Source of the DNA: Candidatus Thorarchaeota archaeon
GTDB lineage: Archaea; Asgardarchaeota; Thorarchaeia; Thorarchaeales; Thorarchaeaceae
Direction of reading: 5' to 3'
NCBI GenBank assembly: GCA_048882485.1
Contig: JBHLRP010000015.1
Coordinates: 8,327 to 67,536 of the forward strand
DNA: 59,210 nucleotides
This document shows positions 38,414 through 47,839 of this stretch, in pieces (position 1 is the stretch's first letter; every line of letters begins with the position of its first letter). Position numbers and translations under genes: made by a program. Below the pieces are notes generated by a model. That model did no database searches and had not been told where the DNA came from. It saw nothing but the letters and a program-made list of their open reading frames with translations.

Positions 38414-38508
38414 AAAATGAAAAGGGTGCTCAGCAATGTGAGAAGGGCATTTCCCCAATACTCTATCTCACCGCCGCCTACACTTCTCATTACCTTAGAA
38501 GGTAAAGG
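38414..38508 (+). repeat. Dispersed repeat, full type A (near consensus)
   Basis: Almost identical to 34687-34780. Confidence 0.95.
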
Positions 38509-38541
38509 TCGGATGGATTTCATACACGAAGTTAAGGAAAC

Positions 38542-39102
38542 TTACAATCCCTCGTGTGAAAGATTCAAGAATTCAATCGACTCATCCAAGGAAAGCACGA
38601 CACCAAGCTCCTCAGGGTTCGTTTCCAGCCAGCCATCTAGGTGTTTCTGATCAGGGAAGAAGTTGTAGTGATCGCAGAAGGGGATGCCCTTGGGGCCGTC
38701 CCCTATCCAAAAAACGATTGAAGGATGGGAGGTACGAACGAGTTTGCTGTCCTCAATCTCGATTTCCATCTTCTCACCACAGTGGAAACAGGTGGCCTTA
38801 ACTAAGCCTTCACCACGCAGCAGAGCCGTCCCTAGGGAATCGTAGCCGCACATGACCTTTATCTCGCGCCCATCCGGCGAAACGATGGACTGCCCGCGCT
38901 CTATATCTGTTTCTCCGATTGTGACCTTGCCTTTCCGAATCGATGCTACCCATTCTCGACCCCCGGCTGTCGCCAGCACCTGTGCTCTAGCAAACTTGAT
39001 GAGCTCAGTCAGGGTGGCGGGGGGTTTTCCCATCCCATACTGTTTCTGTAACCGTTTGCTCAGGTCTGGGTCTAATTTCACTTCTCTCATCAGCATTCCC
39101 AA
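38542..39102 (-). CDS. merB: Alkylmercury lyase-like protein
   Basis: MCGYDSLG (catalytic Cys/Asp), CFHCGE, FCDHYNFF (second catalytic Cys), followed by W and L.L.E. Confidence 0.75.
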   Translation of the reverse strand: MGMLMREVKLDPDLSKRLQKQYGMGKPPATLTELIKFARAQVLATAGGREWVASIRKGKVTIGETDIERGQSIVSPDGREIKVMCGYDSLGTALLRGEGLVKATCFHCGEKMEIEIEDSKLVRTSHPSIVFWIGDGPKGIPFCDHYNFFPDQKHLDGWLETNPEELGVVLSLDESIEFLNLSHEGL

Positions 39103-39306
39103 ATGACTCTTACTGTATCAGGAAAAGAGCATTGCCTTAGCTGCATGAGTAAGGAATCAATCGTGGTAAGCTGAACACCCCGCTGAAGCGCCAAGCTGTT
39201 TTGAGATGCTTGAATCAAGACCTCCTTTAACTCAAAGATTCATTTGTTTAGCTTGCACAGCAAGATAGCTTAGAAACATGAGTTCCACTCACAAGTCAGA
39301 CGTCAG

Positions 39307-39383
39307 AAAATGAAAGGGTGCTCAGCAGTGTAAGAAGGGCATTTCCCCAATACTCTATCTCACCGCCGCCTCTACTTCTCTCT
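39307..39383 (+). repeat. Dispersed repeat, full type A
   Basis: Core + GTAAGAAGGGCATTTCCCCAATACTCTATCTCACCGCCGCCTCTACTTCTCTCT. Confidence 0.95.
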
Positions 39384-39727
39384 GATAAATACATCGACCT
39401 TGTTACTGGATTGAACATGTTGAAAACAGGTTTAATCTTCTATCATACTGGAACATGATGTGAGGTTGTCATGTTCGGATTATCTGTTGGTAATCAGAAT
39501 TAGGCCAGGTTAATACTTGTTATCTAGTTAGCCTTTCAAGATACAATTGGATGTGCTCGAATTTCTGAAAAGGTATGCATCATAAGAAGCGATTTATTGT
39601 CAACGGGAAGATAAGTATACGGAATTTGAGATACCGATAGCACGGCTCTCACCTTTATGATCTAGGGAGCCTGTTAATCCACGTATAGGCCGAGTGATGC
39701 AAGACTGTACGCTATGACTGCAAAGGC

Positions 39728-41203
39728 TTGGTCAAAGGAATGGCATTAACAAATCCAACCAATGATAAATTCCCTAAGGCAAGAGAAGCTCTTGAAAGAA
39801 TCTTGGAACAATCGCTGGAAGGCGTCGCCATCATCGGGAAAGACAAAAGAATAGAGTACATTAATGATAGGGCTTGTGAGATCATCGGCCGGACACGGGA
39901 TGAAGTCATTGGTCAATCTTTCCAAGGATTTGTCCATCAGGATAGCTCCGATTTTGTCATTGAGCGTTATGCTAGCAGGCTGAATGGGGAGCTAATTCCT
40001 TCAACTTATGAGGCTCGAGTGCTTTGTGGTGATCATGACGCGAGGGATGTTCGAATCCAGACCACTGTATTGACGAATGGTGAGAGTGAGATCAAGATAC
40101 TGGCACAGCTTATCGACATAACTGAGGAGAAGAGGTTTCAAAGGGCCTTGTCTGAGCGTGAGATGGTATATCATACACTAGTTAAGACCATGAATGAAGG
40201 CATTGGAGTCATTGATGACCATGGTGTCTTTGTACAATCAAATAAGGCTCTAGGCAAAATGCTGGACTATTCGGAAGAAGAAATCATAGGCATGACAACG
40301 GCTGACATCATGCATGGACTTGATGGAGATGCCCTGTCCGACAAGATTAGGGACAGGATAGCTGGCAAATCAGAGCGCTATGAAACGCATCTTATTCACA
40401 GGTCAGGAACACTGATCCCTGCGATGGTATCAGCAGCTCCGATATTCAGCGACTGTGGTGAGTACGCGGGCAGTTGTGTTGTGATTACTGACATCACCAG
40501 ACAGAAAATCATAGAAAGGAATCTCCAGACGGCCAGAAGACGAGCAGAACTGTATCTTGATTTAATGAGACACGATATCCGAAACAACCTTCAAGAGATT
40601 CAAATTTCTGCAGAGCTCTTAGGGCTCAACGTTGACGACTCTTCAGTTCGTGATTTCTTGGAGAATATTCTACGTGCAGTGTCAAAATCTACTACTATCA
40701 TCTCGAATTCGAGGACTATAGATCAGTTGACTGAACTACCGCTGCGTGAAAGGTTACTAGATGAAGTCCTGTGTGAAAGCATGAAGGATGCATCAATACT
40801 CCTCGAGGATGTTGTGATAAGCCTCTCACTTCATGTATCAAATGCGCTAATCAGAGCGGATGACTATCTGGAGCTATTGCTTTCTGATTTGCTCGCAAAT
40901 GCATACTATTGCAATCCTGCAGAGATGAAACGAATCTGGGTTGACCTCGAAGGTGGGGAGAAAGTCTATGAACTCTCCATTAGTGACAATGGGCCGGGAA
41001 TGTCGGACAGTGTTAAACATAGCTTGTTCAATCCTGACTCTCGTATTGAAGGAGTTGATATGCTCCTAGCCCACCACATCGTCGAGAAATACGAGGGAAC
41101 AATCGAGGTTCATGACAGAGTGCCTGATGACCAAGATCAAGGCAAGAAGATTAGGGTGATTTTTCCAAGATTGGACAAGTCAGAGGATTCGGATTATAAA
41201 TGA
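39728..41203 (+). CDS. PAS-PAS sensor histidine kinase
   Basis: Two PAS domains, H-box RHDIRNNL, N-box LL.NA, G1 DNGPGM; G2 box degenerate (EGVDM). Confidence 0.88.
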   Translation: MVKGMALTNPTNDKFPKAREALERILEQSLEGVAIIGKDKRIEYINDRACEIIGRTRDEVIGQSFQGFVHQDSSDFVIERYASRLNGELIPSTYEARVLCGDHDARDVRIQTTVLTNGESEIKILAQLIDITEEKRFQRALSEREMVYHTLVKTMNEGIGVIDDHGVFVQSNKALGKMLDYSEEEIIGMTTADIMHGLDGDALSDKIRDRIAGKSERYETHLIHRSGTLIPAMVSAAPIFSDCGEYAGSCVVITDITRQKIIERNLQTARRRAELYLDLMRHDIRNNLQEIQISAELLGLNVDDSSVRDFLENILRAVSKSTTIISNSRTIDQLTELPLRERLLDEVLCESMKDASILLEDVVISLSLHVSNALIRADDYLELLLSDLLANAYYCNPAEMKRIWVDLEGGEKVYELSISDNGPGMSDSVKHSLFNPDSRIEGVDMLLAHHIVEKYEGTIEVHDRVPDDQDQGKKIRVIFPRLDKSEDSDYK

Positions 41204-41265
41204 GCAATGGGCAATCCCCCAATACTCTATCACCGCCGCCTCTACTTCTCTCTACCATAGAAGGG
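41199..41265 (+). repeat. Dispersed repeat type A lacking the core; supplies the stop codon of the histidine kinase
   Basis: AATGAGCAATGGGCAATCCCCCAATACTCTATCACCGCCGCCTCTACTTCTCTCTACCATAGAAGG. Confidence 0.9.
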
Positions 41266-41390
41266 AAGTAAATCATTGGATTCTTCCTATCTGTGTGGAC
41301 TAGACCAAATCACAGCTCAAGGACAGTGCCTAGTAAAAGGTCAAGATTAGAATGGATTCTGCTTGGACATGACTTCTTTTATGAATACTA

Positions 41391-41888
41391 TTGCATGAAA
41401 CGGTTATGAAAGACCCAGATGCACATCAAAAGGAACTTGAGAAACTGGTAACGGAGATTAGAGCGGCTCGGTCAAAACCAAAGAGACTCAAAACTCTATT
41501 GGAAGAGTATGAACGAGATTTCGGATCAGAAGCTGAGCAGAGAGTTCTTGAGATTATTGCAGAAAATACCAAAGCGGCGTGGGCAAGTATTGCTGAGGAA
41601 CGGGGGGATAATGGTATTCAGGGAATTCTTGACACCCTGTGGGAATCCTTCAGGAGTGCAGGTGGAGAGTTCACAGTAGAGAGAACTGAGAACTCGGCCC
41701 GGATTAATTGTACGAGATGTCCAATGGCTGACACATACCGCAAGATTGGAAAACCAGAGTATGGATTGATTTTTCATTGCAGTACTGACCCACACATAGT
41801 GGCTGGATTCAACCCCGAGATGGAGTTCAAGAGGACAAAAACACTCATGACAGATGACTGTTGTGACCATTATTACTGTCTGAGTTGA
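41391..41888 (+). CDS. L-2-amino-thiazoline-4-carboxylate-hydrolase-like (V4R-related) protein
   Basis: CTRCPMA..YR..G..EYG..F.C..D....GFNP...FKRTKTLM.DDCCDH.Y. Confidence 0.85.
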   Translation: MHETVMKDPDAHQKELEKLVTEIRAARSKPKRLKTLLEEYERDFGSEAEQRVLEIIAENTKAAWASIAEERGDNGIQGILDTLWESFRSAGGEFTVERTENSARINCTRCPMADTYRKIGKPEYGLIFHCSTDPHIVAGFNPEMEFKRTKTLMTDDCCDHYYCLS

Positions 41889-41921
41889 ATATCGATTCTT
41901 ACATACACTATGGAAGAAATC

Positions 41922-41970
41922 AATGCAGAAAGGGTGCTCAGCAATGTGAGATGGGCATTTCCCCATTACT
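41922..41970 (+). repeat. Dispersed repeat type A, truncated
   Basis: GAAAGGGTGCTCAGCAATGTGAGATGGGCATTTCCCCATTACT. Confidence 0.88.
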
Positions 41971-42519
41971 GCCATGTCAGTATACATCATTCTACATAAG
42001 GGATTGTAGGAGTTGTATTCTGAGAGGAAGTGAACCATTGGTGACAAATGAAGGCAACCCGAGGTCCGACAGCGGCATCCAGCGAGGCTTGCCAACAGCG
42101 GGAGGGCAAGCATATGTCATCAGACGCTATTCTCTATATCTCAATCTGTAAGTCATTCTTACTCATCATCAGTCATTAGGATTCTTTACAGTCCGAAGGT
42201 GCCAGCCCTCACAGTGTCTACAGTGGTATGGCTCCATCATGCCAACCTTACGCATTGTTGCTGCCGCAATCCTAGCCCGTTCCTTATCAGGATAACGTAC
42301 CTTTCGTCTGCACGCCTCCTCTGTATTCTTACCCATGATTCTCTCATATCCTATTGGTCATCTGTTTGATGTATAGATTACCATTGCTAATAGACCGATT
42401 CCTCTTAGATGCCAACTGGATAATCATTGGCGAAGTTGGCGTTGAAGTCATTGTAAACACAATATAATGTATTGATATATCAAGAGGAACCTAATTATAT
42501 CTAGGAGGGCAGTGTTTGA

Positions 42520-43087
42520 ATAGGTCTGGCCTTGTATATCCTCCTGGGGTCATTCAGTCCCTTTGCAGTTGCCACAATAACTGCTCTAATGACTGTATGT
42601 GGCCCTATTGCACTGTTTCTTGCTTCGAGTCCAAGCGGAGAGTTCTACCAGATAGTTGCGATGCCATGGCAAATGGTCCAGAACAGACTCGTTCTGCTAG
42701 ATCCAATATTGGTTTCCAATTACTTTCCGCTTATTATTCCAAAGACTTGCCTTCGCCTACCAGATATGCCGATGTTATAGAGGAGAAACTACTCGCGCTA
42801 GGACTCTCGCTGTAGGTGTCTTAAGCGAGCTGTATATAGCAATAACATCCATCGCCGTGTTTCTGATCAGGCTGCAAGCCCCTCCATCCCGGTTCATTCA
42901 GCTTGCCTTGCCAATTCCTCTGCTTCTTATTTTTGGTGTAATATTCCTTGAACTCACTCCACCTCCTAGGCCGCCTGAAACATGGGACGAAGTGGTGAGT
43001 GGCCATATCTTCATCAGTCGTGCCTTCAATGCCTCACAGACCCACAACCTTGTCATCTGTTTTTTGAGGTGTAGTTGCTTCTTTTAA
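42520..43087 (+). pseudogene. Frameshifted multi-pass membrane protein gene
   Basis: Frame of 42532..42780 joins RLAFAYQICRCYRGETTRARTLAVGVLSE...PIPLLLIFG...PPPRPPETW if one A is removed at 42741-42743. In-frame TGA upstream. Confidence 0.55.
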
Positions 43088-43122
43088 GGCAGATAATACC
43101 AATGAATCATGGATGACATAAG

Positions 43123-43962
43123 ATGGCACAAAAAACAGATGGCATCCATCAGACAATCACAATTAGTATTTCTGTAATGAGAAACATCATTCTTATCCTC
43201 ATCATCTATCTGGCTATCACCCTAAGTCTTGAGATTCTAATTCCAGCAAACTGGCCTCAATTGACAGCAACCATGACAAGTTTTATCGGATATACACTGA
43301 ATGGTGGTTTGATAGTGCAAATTCCATTGAGGCTTGTGCCTGATCTACCTTGGTCATTCCAGCTTCTGGTTCTTTTTTCGGTCTTTGCCTTCATTGCTCT
43401 GCTAAACTCTCTGCTACTTGGATTCATCACGCAACATTCTCTCATTGAGGCCTCAGAATATTATGAAGCCCTCCCCTCTCATCACACACAAAGCAAAAGA
43501 AACGCTCTTCTTCATTTGATATCCTACAATTGGGGCTATCAACTGATAATGGGATTGGGATTGGCAATACCTGCTTATCTACTGGGCCAAGTAAATCAAT
43601 TGCTGCAGTTCATATTAATCGCGATTTGCATCTATCTCGGTATTCGATTGCTCCTCTGTCCCGTATATATAGTTGAAAGGGGGAACTCTATGTGGCAAGC
43701 TATAAGGCAGTCGTGGACATTGTCAAAGAAGTGGGTAGGGAATATTATTCTTCAGGCGGTTGTATTCATCGGGATAGGGGCAATTCTTGGAATAATGTTT
43801 TATTATCTCACCTACCTATTCCCTCCGTATCTGGGGGATTATCTATTTGACATGGTGTTTTCGCTATCCTTTCTCTATATAGGAGCATCTCTTTCCGTTC
43901 TTGGTGCAACAACCTACCGCAGACTTTCAATCACTCAGGAGGACCCATGGCTTCAAAGCTGA
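43123..43962 (+). CDS. Multi-pass membrane protein (YciC/glycerophosphodiesterase-membrane-domain-like)
   Basis: Hydrophobic helices with RLLL.P.YIVE.G....AI.QSW.L.K motif. Confidence 0.7.
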   Translation: MAQKTDGIHQTITISISVMRNIILILIIYLAITLSLEILIPANWPQLTATMTSFIGYTLNGGLIVQIPLRLVPDLPWSFQLLVLFSVFAFIALLNSLLLGFITQHSLIEASEYYEALPSHHTQSKRNALLHLISYNWGYQLIMGLGLAIPAYLLGQVNQLLQFILIAICIYLGIRLLLCPVYIVERGNSMWQAIRQSWTLSKKWVGNIILQAVVFIGIGAILGIMFYYLTYLFPPYLGDYLFDMVFSLSFLYIGASLSVLGATTYRRLSITQEDPWLQS

Positions 43963-43968
43963 GAAATT

Positions 43969-44607
43969 TCAAGCAGAAACATAAGCTATCGCGCCGACAT
44001 CTACAATGGTTTTTCCTGATCCTGTTGCACTATTAACTTTCGAGTTGCCATTCATCCATATTTTGAAGTATACTACCAAGTAGTATGTGTTCCCTTCAGC
44101 AACATAGCCTCCACTGTCAAATTCATAGTAGTTGTAGTGATGTTTGTGAGGAGTTGCAGATGACTCAGCGTTGAAAATTACTGATAGGACATGATCATCA
44201 TAGACTTTTACCCTATCTAGTTCATCCCATTCATCATCATATAGATAGTACCAAACCTCCCAAGACACTTCTCCACTTGGAAATCCGCCCCATATTTTGT
44301 AAGTTGATGTCCAATCTGCACCCATTTTTATATCATCTGAACCTGAAGGCGTAATTTCAACGCCAACATACATGTAGATTTCATCAGCGCCATCACCATA
44401 TGCATGAACTCCTATTGCTTTCATCTTTCCAGTGGACGATGAACAACTTACACTTGAATAGACTGTACTATCATAAGATGAGATATAGTCTTCACTTAGT
44501 GTTGTGAAATAACCCTGTATTGCATTCACAAATACAGGACTGGCAATTAAGATGCATACAGCGAGAAATAACACCATACGTCTATATTTAGCTGATACTT
44601 CAATCAC
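43969..44607 (-). CDS. Secreted hypothetical protein
   Basis: Signal-peptide-like LFLAVCILIASPVFVNA, then a Tyr/Ser/Gly-rich beta-type sequence. Start uncertain (44577-44712). Confidence 0.65.
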   Translation of the reverse strand: MIEVSAKYRRMVLFLAVCILIASPVFVNAIQGYFTTLSEDYISSYDSTVYSSVSCSSSTGKMKAIGVHAYGDGADEIYMYVGVEITPSGSDDIKMGADWTSTYKIWGGFPSGEVSWEVWYYLYDDEWDELDRVKVYDDHVLSVIFNAESSATPHKHHYNYYEFDSGGYVAEGNTYYLVVYFKIWMNGNSKVNSATGSGKTIVDVGAIAYVSA

Positions 44608-45531
44608 CCCCAACAAGAGGGCGCCATGACAGAACTGATGAGCAAGCGAACAGCTATCAAAATCAGTAACCCGGCTAGAATCCCTCTTTGTTTCATTTCT
44701 CTTTAACTCCAAGTTTCACTTGGCCAAGATAGAAACTCCGATACATCCCCAGCAGAATACATAATCGAATCTTTGATTTAAGGTATGTGCTTTTCTGAGG
44801 CATGGTAATGAATTCAAGGCCTAACCATATCTGGATATCTCTATTCCAAATGAGTGTGGTCAGAAAGAATGAATCATAGCTATCTAGAGCCAATATATGG
44901 TCTATGGGATGTATCGACCGATTTCTCCTCTCTGACCACGAAATGATATACTCTCATGCCTTCATATTGGTCTTATCACGGCTAGCTGAACCTCCAATAC
45001 TCTGAAAAATGCAACATGGAATGCAAGAAAAAACGATTATCGACCTTCGTAAACAATATGAGTTGCTGTATCGAGTCTACTACCAGAAAACTATGTCAAA
45101 TCTTCTTGCGTCTTCTTTGCATTTCGCCTAACATCTGTGAGAATCGTAGAGGTCGTGCCGCTCCTGCTGTCCTCAGATTGAAAGCCGAAGACTATCTCAG
45201 AAGCAGTATGATTCTTTAACTAAGTTGGCCCAAAGAGCTACGGGTTTGTACCAGTGAAGAATTGGTGCATGATACGTTGCCCTGCGAATAACAGTCCTTG
45301 TCCTCGCGGCCATCTCAACAAGAACCATAAGATATATTACGAATTACATGTTATATATTATCTGTTTCGTGGTTTTAAGCTAAGCGATACTGCGATACGC
45401 GTCACTGTACAGAAATCAACGGAAACTGAAGGCTCGGAAAGCCTTCTTTTGAGGTGAAATAAGAGATGGAAGGAAAACAAATGATGGGTAGGCTAGATGG
45501 GGCCGTCGTGGTTCAGGAGGGAAGATAACTG

Positions 45532-46317
45532 ATGAGAGTCAAAATCCTCATCACAACAGGGTTGGTTATTTGCCTTCTGAGCTCAATGCAAACCATTCCT
45601 GCGTTTGCTCATGGTGTAGAAGTGTGGTCGGACAATTTCGATGACGGCGATTATGATGGATGGACAGTGCATGCAGGAGAATTCGCTGGCCCTCTTACAT
45701 ATGTGCTACGTGCTGTGGCAACTGGCTGGAGTACTGCGAGCCATGATAGCGAAGTGGCTTGTGGACATTGGTATTTTGACCTTGAGGAGAATCAGACATC
45801 ACCTACGGATCAACACGTCATCTTCATTGCTCTGGATACTGATTCCGCAGCCATGGACGGATATTCGCTTTTCGTTGATATTGAAGCAACATCCTACATC
45901 AGACTGTGCAGGTGGGATGGTGGAACTCCAACAACATTAGATGAGATTGAACGACCTGCAGGAACTTGGGGTTGGTATGAGTATAATATCACTAGAGATA
46001 ATACGGGTGCGTTCGAAGTAAGACGAGACCAAACATCAATCTTGACCGCAATTGATTCCACTTATGCCACGTCCGCATATTTCGTATACTACGCACAGGA
46101 AGGTAGGGCAATTGACAACATCAGCGTATGGAGCTGTAATGCAACTGCGACAATTACAACTACAAATACGACTACTACAACCACAAATACAACCACGGGT
46201 ACAACGGAGCCAGCGCCTCCACCACCTCCCCCCATTCCGCCCGGGATGACACTGGCTCTGGTAGTGGGTGTTGTTGTGATAGTGATTATCTTGGTCTTTA
46301 TTTCAAGGCGCAAATAG
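45532..46317 (+). CDS. Cell-surface protein with Thr/Pro-rich stalk and C-terminal TM anchor
   Basis: Signal peptide, WSDNFDDGDYDGW start of a lectin-like domain, TTTNTTTTTTNTTT/PPPPPP linker, TM followed by RRK. Confidence 0.8.
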   Translation: MRVKILITTGLVICLLSSMQTIPAFAHGVEVWSDNFDDGDYDGWTVHAGEFAGPLTYVLRAVATGWSTASHDSEVACGHWYFDLEENQTSPTDQHVIFIALDTDSAAMDGYSLFVDIEATSYIRLCRWDGGTPTTLDEIERPAGTWGWYEYNITRDNTGAFEVRRDQTSILTAIDSTYATSAYFVYYAQEGRAIDNISVWSCNATATITTTNTTTTTTNTTTGTTEPAPPPPPPIPPGMTLALVVGVVVIVIILVFISRRK

Positions 46318-46335
46318 GACCATTTCAAATTCAAG

Positions 46336-46376
46336 GCGTGGAGAGCTCTAGAAGCTCTCTCGCTCCCTTTATTTCT
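46336..46376 (+). terminator. Hairpin terminator
   Basis: GAGAGCT-CTAGA-AGCTCTC stem followed by a T-rich tract just after the stop at 46317. Confidence 0.5.
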
Positions 46377-46684
46377 ATAACATTGAGGCATGTCTTGCCA
46401 GAAGTTCCATTTCATGCAATTGTGTTCCTCTGAAACTCATTCAAATGCCAGATTCTCTTATTAGGCAGGAAACGGGCTCTGGTGCGATGCAGAATAATCT
46501 TTCAGGCTAGCCTTATCCGTCATACTTCAGATCCGCAACTACGTGAAATATATGGACATGAGCCCCACCTTGAATGTTAGTAGCTAGCTAAAAGGAACAT
46601 AATTCTTTAGCTGGATTAGCCCAATGAGATACGGAATCGTACTTGCTGGGAATTGGTCTCATAGTACACGAAGCAAGCTCTATC

Positions 46685-47818
46685 CTATCTGAGGAGGCCT
46701 CTCCATCTGGAATCAGGTTGCCAGACCCATTCGCCAATCCGGTGTTGGCCACTTGCGCTTATCACGAAAACGAGATGTCTTCTACCCTTTTCCCAACTGC
46801 CTAGGTTGGCATAATTGGTGTTTCTCTCCTCTTTATGGGTATGACCTAGTACTCTATGCACCTGCGCTCCCATTGTCTTGTAACCCGAACTGTCTAAGGC
46901 TCGCTCTAGCACCTGCTCGAAGACTTGATGGGTTTTTTGAGGATCAAGACCAGTGAGATTTGCTCTGTCACGTGCCTGCTTTATTGTATCAAGCTCGATT
47001 AGCTTTGTCCCTCTTCGTTGCTGGGGGGACTTCTTAAAGTAGCGAATGATTCTACGACGTTTCCTCCAAGGTATTGTGTGCATCAAGACTTCTACTTGTT
47101 CGTCATAGCTCTTTGCAGAAAGTTTAGACAAATCTGGTCCTTTCCTAGATACCCAGACTATAGATATTATAGTAGCAGCCGCAGATAATATCGCCCAGGC
47201 ATATTGAGCAAAATACATGAGCAGGAATGCGATTGCTGCTGTTAAAACTGGCACAAGACCCTTTTGATCCCACAATATTCTAGATATCCAGCCACGCAAA
47301 TCTCCCTGGCTGCACAGATACTTACATACTCCATTATATATCTCTCCAGCCTCACCCTCTATGAGCTGATGACCATGCAAAAAGCCGAATCCCTTTGGTG
47401 GCTTTGAAGGCGTTGTAAGCGTCAGCCAATCGACATCTTTGCATGAGGGACTCTTGAAGGAAAAGGCACTCAATGACGGATAGTCCTTTTGAAGCTCCTC
47501 AATGACAAAATCATGGTTTCCTACAACGTAATGCAGTTCGCCTATTGCTCCCTTTGATTTGAGCTCTGAGAGCTGCTCAAGCGTTTTCTTCTCCTTTTTC
47601 AGGAGCCTGTCATTGTCCTTTGTCCAACAATCGAGAAAGTCACCCATTATCACGAAGTGTTCGACTTCGGATTCCTCTAGAATCTGGTCAATGAAAGCCC
47701 TAAAGGAGTCACTATCGCTCTTGCCATATCCAAGATGCACATCTGTTACGGCCAGAGCATAAAACTTCCCCGGTCTAATTGGTTCTATTCGGTTTTCCTC
47801 ATCCATCTTTCCCACCAC
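46685..47818 (-). CDS. Calcineurin-like metallophosphoesterase (LpxH-like) with internal TM hairpin
   Basis: DVHLG, GDFLD.W, GNHD, HGH, GHTH, N.GSW motifs. Confidence 0.85.
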   Translation of the reverse strand: MVGKMDEENRIEPIRPGKFYALAVTDVHLGYGKSDSDSFRAFIDQILEESEVEHFVIMGDFLDCWTKDNDRLLKKEKKTLEQLSELKSKGAIGELHYVVGNHDFVIEELQKDYPSLSAFSFKSPSCKDVDWLTLTTPSKPPKGFGFLHGHQLIEGEAGEIYNGVCKYLCSQGDLRGWISRILWDQKGLVPVLTAAIAFLLMYFAQYAWAILSAAATIISIVWVSRKGPDLSKLSAKSYDEQVEVLMHTIPWRKRRRIIRYFKKSPQQRRGTKLIELDTIKQARDRANLTGLDPQKTHQVFEQVLERALDSSGYKTMGAQVHRVLGHTHKEERNTNYANLGSWEKGRRHLVFVISASGQHRIGEWVWQPDSRWRGLLR

Positions 47819-47839
47819 GATGCTTTTGACAAAGACCTC

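Noticed and set aside
38417-38650. Short ORFs overlapping repeat copies (also 34607..34807, 29433..29711, 32759..32962, 37121..37306, 56762..56983)
   Set aside because: Frame-breaking indels between copies indicate the repeat is non-coding.
22560-41970. CRISPR array interpretation of the repeats
   Set aside because: Spacers are 0.3-2.6 kb and contain genes, repeats vary in length, and no cas genes are present.
22560-41970. Classical integron attC array
   Set aside because: No RYYYAAC/GTTRRRY boxes at the repeat ends, cargo genes face both ways, and no intI is in the window.
46141-46240. ACA/ACT/CCA-rich low-complexity tract
   Set aside because: Explained by the Thr/Pro linker of the surface protein.
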